The notes beneath the pieces were generated by a model. It did not search any database and was not told the origin of the DNA. It was given only the letters and a program-made list of their open reading frames with translations. From the NCBI GenBank assembly GCA_964614345.1, contig CAZTLP010000004.1:2491-66490 (forward strand): a stretch of DNA of 64,000 nt, written 5' to 3'. The position numbers were made by a program, and so were the translations under genes. This document shows, piece after piece, positions 29,978 to 39,861 of the stretch. Source of the stretch: an uncultured Gammaproteobacteria bacterium (GTDB taxonomy: Bacteria > Pseudomonadota > Gammaproteobacteria > Magnimaribacterales > Magnimaribacteraceae). Numbering within the stretch: the first letter of the stretch is position 1; each line of letters opens with the position of its first letter.

Positions 29978-32299
29978 ATGAAAAGCATATATACGTGGCG
30001 GCCTTTACCTAAATTCTTTCATATCTTTCTTTTATTATTTTCTTTCTCTTCAATTCTCTCTTCTGAGATTCTGATAGATGGAAAGTTATCTGAAAAGGAA
30101 TGGCAAAATGCTAGAGAAGTTAACAAATTCTATGAAGTATTCCCTTTTTCTTTGAATGATGTTTCAGGAAACACAAGGGTTCTTATAGCAGACGATGAGA
30201 AAGGAATATATTTTGGATTTATTAACACACAGTCGAACGAATCTATAAGAGCAAACCAGCATCAACGTGATCAAGGAGCAAGACCTCCTGTAGGGGATCA
30301 GGTTGGTGTAACTTTAGATTTTGATAACGACGGAAAGACTGCTTATAGGTTTTCAGTTAATGCAGGAAATTCAATTAATGATGGGACTGTTATAAATGAG
30401 AATGAGCAAAATCTAGACTGGGATGGTGATTGGGTATCTGCAACTAGCATTTCGGATAATGGTTGGTATGCAGAGATATTTGTCCCTTGGGCAATCACTT
30501 CTATGAAGTCTCAAAAAGGGGAGGAACGAACAATAGGGTTTTGTTTTTATAGAATGATGATTGCCGAATATAAGGTATCTGCTACATGCAAAGGGAGTCC
30601 TTATGTAAATAAATTTCTTTCAGTATTTGATGAAATGAATTTTAAAAAATACGATGTTTCCCAGTTGGACTTCTTTCCTTATTTAACGGTTTCAGACGAT
30701 GCTGCAACGAAAGAGAAAGATACCAAGGTGGGAGCTGAAGTTTTCTGGAAAATTGACTCTAGTAAACAATTAAATGCCACCTTTAATCCAGATTTTGGTC
30801 AGGTTGAGAGTGATGAGCTGGTTGTTAATTTTTCTGCTACCGAAACCTATTACTCAGATAAGCGACCCTTTTTTGCAGAAAATCAATCTATGTTTGAGGT
30901 TCAAGGTTATCAAATGTTTTACGTGATCAACACCAGACGCATAGGCGCAGCCCCGGATTATAACTGCTCCAGTTTGTCTTCCAACCTGATACCCCTGTGC
31001 AATGCAAACAAAAAGGGCACTACAGACATAGATTTGGCGGTTCGATATATCCAACAAACTGAGAATCTGGATTTTGGATTCTTAGGAGCTTCTGAAAAAG
31101 ATGAGGAGTTTAGTCAAGGAAGAGATTTTTATGCTACTAAATTAAGAAAAACCAATAAAAACTTTTCAGTTGGATATTTGGGTACTTATGTTGAAAGGCC
31201 AGTTCTAAATCGAGAAGCCACTGTACACACTGCTGATTTCGAATACTGGGCTTCTGAAGATCTCAGGGTAAGTGGAGTTCTAATGAATTCAAAAGTTGAT
31301 GATCAAGATGGGTATGGGTTTAGAGTTGGATACGGCTATACGCCTTCAAAAACGTTTTCTGGAGGTATGGGAATTTGGTATTTCGATAAAAAAATAGATT
31401 TGAGTGACATGGGGTATTTATTTAGAAATGATCAAGCCTTCTTTTCGGGAAGGTTTGAATGGAAACAGCCAGAGTTCCCTGAAGCTTCTTTAACTAGAGA
31501 GAGAAGATACCAATTAGATTTTACTTATGAAACTGACAGTAAGGGTAATAAAGAGACTCCTCCAATTTCACTAACACTGACAAATGGATTTAAAAGCTCA
31601 TCTCAGGCGACGTTAAAAACTTTCTACAGGTTGAGTGGAAGGGACACCCTGATTACAAGAAAATATGAGCAAGCTCCTTTTGTAAATATGCCCACAGGGT
31701 ATGGTTTTGAATTTGAATACATGGGTCCATCGCGAGAATTCTTCCAGTACATGTTTCATTACAATCGAAAAAAAGGAGAGGAATACATGCCGGCTTTAGG
31801 CTGGAATACTGTTTATGATTTCTTCTTAGAGGTATCTCCTTCTGAATCTTTATCTTTGTCAGTGTTTTACCAAGAACACGAAGAAGATGACTGGTTAAAT
31901 TGGATTCAAGAAAATCTGTTAGCCACTTACGACATGAAACAGAGAGTAACAGTAGCAGGGCTTAACTGGTTTAAAGGCGAAAAGCATGAGTTAAGAGTTA
32001 AGGCACAAATGGTAGCTTTTACTGCAAGAAATCCAATGCCCTTTTTAGCAGATCAGTTTGGGAATCTAAATACTTCTCCAAAAAAGATTGCAGTACCTCC
32101 TATCACATTAAGTGATTTGGCTTTCCAAGTTAGATACAGATATGAATTGATGCCACTTTCCTATCTCTATGTTGTTTACACCAAAGGCGGAAGGGTAGTA
32201 GGAATGGATGAAGAAGACAGTTTAAGAAAAATCTATAAACGTCCTTGGGAAGATCCTCAGGCTGATACTTTTACCGTAAAATTAAGGTATAGATTCTAA
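29978..32299 (+). CDS. Secreted ~770-aa protein, paralogue 1: CBM9/DOMON-like N-terminal region plus a large predicted outer-membrane beta-barrel (DUF5916-like architecture)
   Basis: 773 aa with a signal peptide. N-terminal IDGKLSEKEWQNA...KFYEVFPF. Central blocks NPDFGQVESDELVVNF and YSDKRPFFAENQ. The C-terminus TVKLRYRF ends in an aromatic residue, as in OMP beta-signals. The family name is recalled from memory, not searched. Confidence 0.65.
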   Translation: MKSIYTWRPLPKFFHIFLLLFSFSSILSSEILIDGKLSEKEWQNAREVNKFYEVFPFSLNDVSGNTRVLIADDEKGIYFGFINTQSNESIRANQHQRDQGARPPVGDQVGVTLDFDNDGKTAYRFSVNAGNSINDGTVINENEQNLDWDGDWVSATSISDNGWYAEIFVPWAITSMKSQKGEERTIGFCFYRMMIAEYKVSATCKGSPYVNKFLSVFDEMNFKKYDVSQLDFFPYLTVSDDAATKEKDTKVGAEVFWKIDSSKQLNATFNPDFGQVESDELVVNFSATETYYSDKRPFFAENQSMFEVQGYQMFYVINTRRIGAAPDYNCSSLSSNLIPLCNANKKGTTDIDLAVRYIQQTENLDFGFLGASEKDEEFSQGRDFYATKLRKTNKNFSVGYLGTYVERPVLNREATVHTADFEYWASEDLRVSGVLMNSKVDDQDGYGFRVGYGYTPSKTFSGGMGIWYFDKKIDLSDMGYLFRNDQAFFSGRFEWKQPEFPEASLTRERRYQLDFTYETDSKGNKETPPISLTLTNGFKSSSQATLKTFYRLSGRDTLITRKYEQAPFVNMPTGYGFEFEYMGPSREFFQYMFHYNRKKGEEYMPALGWNTVYDFFLEVSPSESLSLSVFYQEHEEDDWLNWIQENLLATYDMKQRVTVAGLNWFKGEKHELRVKAQMVAFTARNPMPFLADQFGNLNTSPKKIAVPPITLSDLAFQVRYRYELMPLSYLYVVYTKGGRVVGMDEEDSLRKIYKRPWEDPQADTFTVKLRYRF

Positions 32300-32395
32300 A
32301 CTAACCTTTTTTTATATGAGTTTCTAGGCCTATGGATTGCTTGTGTTTCTTTTCCTTAGCCTTAGAATAGCCCCTCATTTTTAGGAGTAAATACC

Positions 32396-34717
32396 TTGCA
32401 TAGGAAGCTAAATCCTTTTTCCTGCTTTGTTTTAACATTCTTTTTATTTATCGCATTGCCAGTGTATTCAGTGGATATCAAGATTGATGGTGTTTTGGAT
32501 GAAGAGGATTGGTCTTCCGCCCGAGAGTGGACCAAATATTATGAATCAATGCCGTTTTCTTTAGCGGAGCCAAAACATTATCAGAAAGTTCTAGTTCAGC
32601 AAGATGAGAAAGGAATGTATTTTGGTTTTATTAATGAACAGCCAAGAGAATCAATACGTGCGAATAAGCATGAAAGAGATGATGAAATGGCAAATGCTGA
32701 TAAAGCAGGTTTAGCGATAGATTTTGATGGTGACGGTCTTACTGCTTATGGCTTCACTGTTTCGGCCGGAGGCTCTATAAGTGATGGCATCTATAGAAAT
32801 GAGAACGAAGCTAACTATGACTGGGATGCTGATTGGGATTCAGCCACTCATATTGAAGGAGATGCATGGTTTATTGAAATGTTTATTCCTTGGAGTATAG
32901 CTCCCATGAAGGCTCAAAAAGGAGAAGTTAGAACCGTTAAATTATCTTTTTGGAGAATGGTAGCAGCTGAATGGCGAGTCAATACCTCAATAAAAGGCAA
33001 TCCAAGACAAGAGAAATTTATGTCTCTTTTCCATGAATACGACTTTAAAAACTACAGCGTTTCGAAAATAGATTTCTTCCCGTACATAAATATTACTGAA
33101 GACAGAATCAAAGAAGATCAAGAGAATAAGGTAGGAGCAGAGATATTTTGGAAGATTGATTCGGGTAAACAACTAAACATAGCTTTAAATCCTGATTTTG
33201 GACAAGTTGAAAGCGATGAGCTTGTAGTTAACTTTACTCAGAGTGAAACCTTTTATTCAGATAAAAGACCTTTCTTTTCTGAAAATCACTCTTTGTTTGA
33301 TGTGAAAGGCTATAGATTCTTTTACGTCATAAACACAAGGAGAATCGGTTCTGCTCCAGATTACAATTGCTCTGAATACACTGATTCCTTAAAAAATATG
33401 TGCGAGGCAAGTCAAGAAGGTATTACTGACATTGACTATGCCATACGGTATACACAGCAAGGCGAGTCCATTGACTTTGGTTTTCTAAGTGCTTCTGAAG
33501 CCGACGAACAATTCAGTCAAGGAAATGATTTTTATGCAATAAGAACTAGAAAAAACACTGAGAATTACTCCTTGGGTTATCTAGGGACATACACACAAAG
33601 ACCGGTTCTGGATAGAGAAGCTAAAGTGCATTCAATCGATTTAACTTATAGGCCTACAGATAAAGTGAGAGTAGACACTGTCTTTATTACTTCAGATGTT
33701 GAACAAGGACTGGGTGAAATCAAGAAATCAGGAGAAGCATTTAGATTTAGACTAACGGCTTCGCCTAGAAAAGGGAGATGGCATGATATGGGAGTCTTCT
33801 TGTTTGGGAAAGAATTGGATATAACGGATATGGGTTATCAAATATCAAATAACTGGCTTTTCCTGGGTAGTCAGAATGGTTTAAAGTTTTCAGACTACGA
33901 CGAGTCATCTATTTTTCTTTCCAATGAAATTGAAGTGGGCTATTCGTTTGAGGGCAATGCAGACTTAGATAAATCAAGTCAATCCATCTATTTGTCTTAT
34001 GAAAGTAGTTTTAGAAATACTTCTAACATTGAGTTCACAAATTTTTATAGAACTCCTAGCAAAGACTTCTGGATAACTCGGGGTAACTTGATTTCCCCTT
34101 ACATCAAAATGCCTAAGAATTATGGAACTAAGTTGCAATTCATGGGCCCTTCTACAGATTTCTTTAAATATATCTTGGAGGTTAAAAGGGAAAAAGGATC
34201 GCAATGGATGTCTAGTGCATTAGGTTTTAAAACTTCTTATATGGCTATGGCAGAGTTTACCCCCAGAGATAATCTTAGTCTGAGTTTGATGTACCAACAT
34301 AGCAATGAAGACAATTGGTTAAATTGGATTGAAGGTAATTTGTTGGGGATTTATAAATCTAAACAAAGAGTTACGGTTGGGTCAATGAATTGGTTTGGTG
34401 GAGATAAACATGAGTTAAGAATGAAAGCTCAAATGGTAGCTTTCACAGCTAGGCAACCAAGTGCTTATCTTGGCAATGCAACAGGATCTCTGAATCCTAT
34501 TGAAATGGTACTTCCGCCTTTTAGTTTGAGTGATTTAGCTTTCCAAGTTAGGTATCGTTATGAAATTCTGCCTTTAGCTTATCTCTATGTGGTTTATTCC
34601 AAAGGAGGAAGAATAGTTGAACTTGATGAAGAGGACAGTCTAGATAAATTGTATAAACGTCCTTGGAATGATCCTCAGGCAGATAACTTCACAGTAAAAG
34701 TTAGATACAGATTCTAA
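32396..34717 (+). CDS. Secreted ~770-aa protein, paralogue 2 (same architecture as 29978-32299)
   Basis: 773 aa. TTG start preceded by AGGAG. Signal peptide ending in VYS. It shares the NPDFGQVESDELVVNF, YSDKRPFFSEN, INTRRIG, PDYNCS...C and LAFQVRYRYE...TVKVRYRF blocks with its neighbours. Confidence 0.65.
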   Translation: MHRKLNPFSCFVLTFFLFIALPVYSVDIKIDGVLDEEDWSSAREWTKYYESMPFSLAEPKHYQKVLVQQDEKGMYFGFINEQPRESIRANKHERDDEMANADKAGLAIDFDGDGLTAYGFTVSAGGSISDGIYRNENEANYDWDADWDSATHIEGDAWFIEMFIPWSIAPMKAQKGEVRTVKLSFWRMVAAEWRVNTSIKGNPRQEKFMSLFHEYDFKNYSVSKIDFFPYINITEDRIKEDQENKVGAEIFWKIDSGKQLNIALNPDFGQVESDELVVNFTQSETFYSDKRPFFSENHSLFDVKGYRFFYVINTRRIGSAPDYNCSEYTDSLKNMCEASQEGITDIDYAIRYTQQGESIDFGFLSASEADEQFSQGNDFYAIRTRKNTENYSLGYLGTYTQRPVLDREAKVHSIDLTYRPTDKVRVDTVFITSDVEQGLGEIKKSGEAFRFRLTASPRKGRWHDMGVFLFGKELDITDMGYQISNNWLFLGSQNGLKFSDYDESSIFLSNEIEVGYSFEGNADLDKSSQSIYLSYESSFRNTSNIEFTNFYRTPSKDFWITRGNLISPYIKMPKNYGTKLQFMGPSTDFFKYILEVKREKGSQWMSSALGFKTSYMAMAEFTPRDNLSLSLMYQHSNEDNWLNWIEGNLLGIYKSKQRVTVGSMNWFGGDKHELRMKAQMVAFTARQPSAYLGNATGSLNPIEMVLPPFSLSDLAFQVRYRYEILPLAYLYVVYSKGGRIVELDEEDSLDKLYKRPWNDPQADNFTVKVRYRF

Positions 34718-34767
34718 GAGGATAATTTTACTGTAAAATTAAGCCATTGGTTCAAGCAGAGGAATGA

Positions 34768-37065
34768 ATGACATCAAGGAAGGTTATATTTAGAAATATT
34801 TCTTTAATCCCATTTCTTCTTTACAGCAGTTTTCTTTTTTCTACTATAAAAGTGGATGGAAAGTTAGATGAAGAAGAATGGAGATCTGCTCAAGAGATAA
34901 GTAAATTCTATCAAGTTGGACCTTTCACACTAGAAGAACCAGAACAGAAAACTGTAGTAAAAGTTTACGAAACTGAAGATGGTTTGTATGTAGGCTATAT
35001 TAATTACCAACCCACAGAGACTATGCGATCCCAACAGCATGAAAGAGATGCTGATAATGCCAATGCAGATAAAGTAGGACTGACTGTGGATTTTGACAGT
35101 GATGCCTTGATGGCTTACTCGTTTACTGTATCTTTAGGGGGTTCTTTATGGGACGCGGTTTATAGAAACGAGAATGAGCAAAAAAAGGATTGGGACGCAG
35201 ATTGGGTAGCAAAGACATCAATTGACGAGGATGTCTGGTTTGCAGAGTTCTTTATACCTTGGACTGTTGCCCCTATGAAGAAGCAAGAAGGAGACTTAAG
35301 AAAAATAAGAATCAGTTTTTGGCGAATGTCTTTGGAAATATCTAAAGCTTTTGCCACTATTAAATCTAATCCTACAAGGTCTAGATTTATTTCTACCTTA
35401 AATGATCTTTATGTAAAAAATTTTGATAGCTCAAGTTTAGATTTTTTTCCTTATGTAACTGCTTCAAATGAAAGAACTACAGATGATAATAATGTAAAAG
35501 CAGGAGCAGAGATTTTCTGGAAGATAGACTCTGGGAGCCAATTAAATATTGCAATAAATCCTGACTTTGGCCAAGTAGAAAGCGATGATGTAGTAATTAA
35601 TTTCTCTGCTATGGAGACCTTCTACTCTGATAAAAGACCTTTCTTTTCAGAAAATCAGTCTATGTTTGATGTTGATGGGTACCGTTTTCTTTATGTAATC
35701 AATACACGAAGAATAGGCGGCTCTCCCAATTACAACTGTTCAGATTATAGTTCTGAATTAGAAGCTCTTTGTAGTGCAAACCAAAAAGGAAATTCAGATA
35801 TAAATCTCGCTTTCAGGTATACAAAAGTTGGTCAGAACTATGATTTAGGTTTCCTGGGCGCACTCGAATCTGATGAACCCTTCAGTGAAGGAAGAGATTA
35901 TTTTGCTACTAGGTACCGAGTAAAAAAAGAAAACTTGTCTTTTGGGTACTTAGGTACTTTCACTAAGAATGAAGTATTAAGCAGGAATGCTAATGTCAAT
36001 ACTGTTGACATGGTTTACCGTCCTAATGAAGATTTTAGACTTTATGCTCTCTTCTTAAACTCTATTGTTGAAGAAGATAAAGGATATGGATTCCGTATGA
36101 GTTTAAGCAAACAAATTAACCAGAATTTATCTACTGGAGTAGGTTTTTATTATTTAGATAAAGACTTAGATATGAATGATATGGGATATTTAGTAAGAAA
36201 TGACTGGATTATGTTAGGTGGAAGAACAGAGCTGCAAAAAACAGATTTTAATGATGCTTCAAAAACACTAATAAGAACTTATCAGCATTCATACGGTTGT
36301 AGAGCACTATCTAATGGAGATAAAGAAGGCTGTTTTTCAGGATTTGAAATTAAAAACCAATTTAAGAATACCGCGCAGGTTGAAGCAGAAGTATTTTTTA
36401 GAACAAATGGTAGAGATAACTTAATTACTAGGGGTTCTGAGTTAGCTCCTTACGTTAAATTACCTCAAAATTATGGGATCGACTTTAAGTATGTTGGGCA
36501 AAAAAGAAAATTTTGGCAGTGGGATTTATTTATACAAAGATCTAAGGGCAGTGAATATTCAAGTGATCTTGGGTGGAGAAACAAATATTATTCTTCAATT
36601 AAAGCGTTTCCATTACCGAATTTAACTTTGAGACTTTCTTATTCTCATGAAAAGGAAATAAATTGGCTTAATTGGATTCAAGATAACCTTTTGGGCACCT
36701 ATGAAAAAACTCAGAGAAACACTAATTTCTCAATTAAGTATTTCAAAGGTAATCAACATGAATTGAGGGTCAAGGCTCAGTTAGTTGCTTTTAATGCTAA
36801 AAATCCTCAAGCCCAAATTGCCTCTGTTAATGGGGAATTGAATGAATCTTCACTTAATTTAGATCCTTTTAGTTTAGGACAATTAGCTTTTCAAATTCGT
36901 TATCGTTATGAATTTATGCCTTTGGCTTATTTGTATGCTGTCTATACTAGGGGCGGTAGGATTTATGAAGCTGATGAAGAGGATGACTTAGGGACCTTGT
37001 ATAAAAGGCCTTGGGAAGATCCCTCAAAAGATAATTTTACTGTCAAAGTGAGATATAGATTCTAA
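34768..37065 (+). CDS. Secreted ~770-aa protein, paralogue 3 (same architecture as 29978-32299)
   Basis: 765 aa with a signal peptide. It has the same conserved N-terminal, central and C-terminal blocks, ending in TVKVRYRF. Confidence 0.65.
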   Translation: MTSRKVIFRNISLIPFLLYSSFLFSTIKVDGKLDEEEWRSAQEISKFYQVGPFTLEEPEQKTVVKVYETEDGLYVGYINYQPTETMRSQQHERDADNANADKVGLTVDFDSDALMAYSFTVSLGGSLWDAVYRNENEQKKDWDADWVAKTSIDEDVWFAEFFIPWTVAPMKKQEGDLRKIRISFWRMSLEISKAFATIKSNPTRSRFISTLNDLYVKNFDSSSLDFFPYVTASNERTTDDNNVKAGAEIFWKIDSGSQLNIAINPDFGQVESDDVVINFSAMETFYSDKRPFFSENQSMFDVDGYRFLYVINTRRIGGSPNYNCSDYSSELEALCSANQKGNSDINLAFRYTKVGQNYDLGFLGALESDEPFSEGRDYFATRYRVKKENLSFGYLGTFTKNEVLSRNANVNTVDMVYRPNEDFRLYALFLNSIVEEDKGYGFRMSLSKQINQNLSTGVGFYYLDKDLDMNDMGYLVRNDWIMLGGRTELQKTDFNDASKTLIRTYQHSYGCRALSNGDKEGCFSGFEIKNQFKNTAQVEAEVFFRTNGRDNLITRGSELAPYVKLPQNYGIDFKYVGQKRKFWQWDLFIQRSKGSEYSSDLGWRNKYYSSIKAFPLPNLTLRLSYSHEKEINWLNWIQDNLLGTYEKTQRNTNFSIKYFKGNQHELRVKAQLVAFNAKNPQAQIASVNGELNESSLNLDPFSLGQLAFQIRYRYEFMPLAYLYAVYTRGGRIYEADEEDDLGTLYKRPWEDPSKDNFTVKVRYRF

Positions 37066-37256
37066 GTCTTGTGTTCTTCTGAACAGAACCAATGCTCTTC
37101 AGAGCCTATAGCTTCAGACTTAGGAATATTAACTCCGCAAGTAACACATCTAACCATTTCAAGGCTAACTTTTTCTTTTATATCTGGTTTTCTTTTGAAA
37201 AGAATATATAACCAAATTAGTCCTGCTATTCCTAATATTAGGATTAACTGAGACAA
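37062..37256 (-). CDS. Small membrane-anchored zinc-ribbon protein (PP0621-like)
   Basis: 64 aa: an N-terminal TM helix, a basic linker, then MVRCVTCGVNIPKSEA...HWFCSEEHK (CxxC...C..H). Preferred over the antisense 60-aa ORF, which has no such features. Confidence 0.5.
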   Translation of the reverse strand: MSQLILILGIAGLIWLYILFKRKPDIKEKVSLEMVRCVTCGVNIPKSEAIGSEEHWFCSEEHKT

Positions 37257-37258
37257 AT

Positions 37259-38131
37259 CTACTCTTCCTTAAGGGGTGGAGGAATCTCTTCATCACCTAG
37301 CAATCCAAAAGATAATCGACTAGCCCAAGATCTCTTAGGTCTTATCAATTCATTAGAATCGAAAGTTGGATAACTGGTTTTTAAAATTTCGAAATTTTTC
37401 ACTCTTAATTCTTCATAACCCAAGAGTCCATAAGCTTTTACTAAAATAGATAGAGCTTCAGGAACTTGAGGAGTGTCAGGCATATGTTCAATTACATATC
37501 GAGCTCTTCCTACTGCTGCTATGTAGGCTTTCCTATCCATATAAAATTCAGCAACGTAAAGTTCATGCTGAGCTAATAAATTTTTAAGATATATCATTCT
37601 TTGAGTGGCATGAGGGGCATAAGGAGAGTCAGGGTATCTAGCTAAAAATTCACTTAAATCTTCAAAGGATTGTTGAGCTGGATCTATGTCTCTTCTTGAT
37701 AAGTCAGAAGTAAAATATCGAGAAAACAAACCAGAATCGTCTGTGAAAGCAGAAAGTCCCCTCAAATAATATGCGTAGCCTGTATGCGGATGACGTGGGT
37801 GTAGATTAATGAACCTCTCAGCAGCAGATCTGGCTGCTTCAAATTCAAAATTCCTATAGTAGGCATATATTAGTTCTGCTTGAGCTTGTTCCGCATATCT
37901 ACCAAACGGGAAGCGTCTTTCGAGTATTTCGAGACTGGTTATAGCATTAGTGAAATTACCATTCTTTAGTCTGGTTTGAGATGCATCATAAAGTTCTTTC
38001 TCTAGAAGACGTTCATCCGGTTGTTCTTCATTACTTGAACAAGAAGTAAGTAAAAAAATTGAACCTAAAAAAAGTAATGAACAACTTTTAATTAACATTC
38101 TTAATGAGTTGATATTATGTCGCTTTGGCAT
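37259..38131 (-). CDS. bamD: Outer membrane protein assembly factor BamD
   Basis: 290 aa. Lipoprotein signal (LLTSC), TPR-like repeats, and the conserved position divergent from rluD. Confidence 0.85.
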   Translation of the reverse strand: MPKRHNINSLRMLIKSCSLLFLGSIFLLTSCSSNEEQPDERLLEKELYDASQTRLKNGNFTNAITSLEILERRFPFGRYAEQAQAELIYAYYRNFEFEAARSAAERFINLHPRHPHTGYAYYLRGLSAFTDDSGLFSRYFTSDLSRRDIDPAQQSFEDLSEFLARYPDSPYAPHATQRMIYLKNLLAQHELYVAEFYMDRKAYIAAVGRARYVIEHMPDTPQVPEALSILVKAYGLLGYEELRVKNFEILKTSYPTFDSNELIRPKRSWASRLSFGLLGDEEIPPPLKEE

Positions 38132-38216
38132 TTGGATTGCTGATTCTACATTTCTGCATTGATATTGGACAGAAAAAGAATTTTGTGGTTCCTTATAAAA
38201 AAATTTATTTAAACAT

Positions 38217-39164
38217 ATGAATCGTAAGATAGCTTTAACACTAAACGTAAAACCAGAACAAATTGGTCAAAGGGTTGATGTTGTTATTGCTGAGACGTTT
38301 AAAGAATTTTCTAGGAGTCATCTACAAAAGTTAATTAAAGAAGGTGCGGTTAAGGTAAATGGTAAAGAAGTTAAGCCTAAGTTAATTCTACAGGGAGGTG
38401 AAGTTATAGAAATTTTTGCTAAAGAAGCTCCTAAATTAAAAGATAAAGCAGAAAGTATAGAACTGGACATAATTCACCAAGATCAAGATTTGTTAGTTGT
38501 TAATAAGTCTTCTGGATTAGTAGTACACCCTGGTGCAGGTAATCCTTCAGGAACTTTAGTCAATGGACTCCTTAATTTTGATTCAAGCCTGTCATACTTG
38601 CCCAGAGCAGGAATAGTTCACCGCTTGGATAAAGATACCTCAGGTCTGATGGTAGTTTCTCGTAATGAGAAAACTTATTTGAATCTTATAGACCAATTAA
38701 AGGAAAGAACTGTTACAAGAAAATACACCGCTTTAGTAGTAGGAGAGCCTAGCTTGAGTGGTGTTATAGATAAACCCATTGGTAGGCATCCTAAATTTAG
38801 AACTAAGCAGGCAGTGGTTAAATCCGGCAAGGAAGCTATTAGTAGATTCAAGAAAGTTAAGAGCCTTAAAGGGTATTCGCTTCTAGAGGTCTCGCTTGAG
38901 ACAGGAAGAACTCACCAAATAAGAGTTCATCTTTCTTATTTAGGCTTTCCTATAGTGGGAGATAACACTTATGGAGGAAGAAGAAAGTATGTAAAAGGGA
39001 CTTCTGAGAACCTCAGGAATAAAATAAATCAATTCAAGAGGCAAGCTCTTCATGCCAGCTCTTTAAGTTTTATTCATCCTTCAACAAAGAAGACCTTAAC
39101 TTTTGATAGTGAATTACCGGATGACATGAAGCAGTTAATTAGAGCATTAAAGGAAGATGATTAA
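38217..39164 (+). CDS. rluD: 23S rRNA pseudouridine synthase RluD
   Basis: 315 aa. N-terminal S4 domain, the catalytic HRLDKDTSGLMVV motif and the GRTHQIRVH block. Confidence 0.92.
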   Translation: MNRKIALTLNVKPEQIGQRVDVVIAETFKEFSRSHLQKLIKEGAVKVNGKEVKPKLILQGGEVIEIFAKEAPKLKDKAESIELDIIHQDQDLLVVNKSSGLVVHPGAGNPSGTLVNGLLNFDSSLSYLPRAGIVHRLDKDTSGLMVVSRNEKTYLNLIDQLKERTVTRKYTALVVGEPSLSGVIDKPIGRHPKFRTKQAVVKSGKEAISRFKKVKSLKGYSLLEVSLETGRTHQIRVHLSYLGFPIVGDNTYGGRRKYVKGTSENLRNKINQFKRQALHASSLSFIHPSTKKTLTFDSELPDDMKQLIRALKEDD

Positions 39165-39861
39165 TAAATTACTAATTAAACCTGATCGAAATCTAGGTAA
39201 AGGTATTACCTCTTTCATGCTCACCAAGGAATACTTTGATAAACATTCAAATGAATTTAATGACAACTCTTCAATTGAAGAGTTCGTCATATCTACATTG
39301 GGAGTACCTATTGTTTGGATGGACCAAGTTCATGGAACTAAGATTGAGTTAATACATGAAAACAGTGTCAATATAATTGAAGCTTGTGATGGACTTTATA
39401 CAGAAAAAGAAAATATTGCTTTAGCTATAAAAACGGCCGATTGTTTACCATTGATACTCTGTTCTAAGGAAGGAAAAGAGCTAACAGCTCTGCACGTTGG
39501 TTGGAGAGGTCTGCATGGAGGTATAGTTGAAAATGCAATATTGAATTTTAAATGTGCAACACAAAACTTAGTTGCTTGGTTAGCACCCTGTATTTCATCA
39601 ACAAACTACGAGGTGGGTAGAGATGTCTACTCTCTATTTAAGGATTCAGATTCCGAAAGCATTTCTAGTTTTAAAACATCCAATAATAAGGATAAATGGA
39701 TTTTTAGTCTTAAACAGGAGTGCACGAGAAGACTTCAAAAGTTTGACGTACAAGTAATTACAAATACATTTTGTACTTTTGAAGATGAACAACTTTTTTA
39801 TTCATATAGAAAGAATTCTTCTTCAAAGAGGATGGTAACTTTAGCCTGGAGGCAAAAATGA
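39157..39861 (+). CDS. pgeF: Peptidoglycan editing factor PgeF (YfiH, polyphenol oxidase-like)
   Basis: 234 aa with the MDQVHG, TADCLPL and LHVGWRG blocks of the YfiH family. Located downstream of rluD as in E. coli. Confidence 0.85.
   Translation: MINKLLIKPDRNLGKGITSFMLTKEYFDKHSNEFNDNSSIEEFVISTLGVPIVWMDQVHGTKIELIHENSVNIIEACDGLYTEKENIALAIKTADCLPLILCSKEGKELTALHVGWRGLHGGIVENAILNFKCATQNLVAWLAPCISSTNYEVGRDVYSLFKDSDSESISSFKTSNNKDKWIFSLKQECTRRLQKFDVQVITNTFCTFEDEQLFYSYRKNSSSKRMVTLAWRQK

Noticed and set aside
37069-37251. 60-aa plus-strand ORF overlapping the 64-aa minus-strand ORF
   Set aside because: The minus-strand product has a TM helix plus a CxxC...C..H zinc-ribbon pattern, whereas the plus-strand product has no features. 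Only one of the two can be real.
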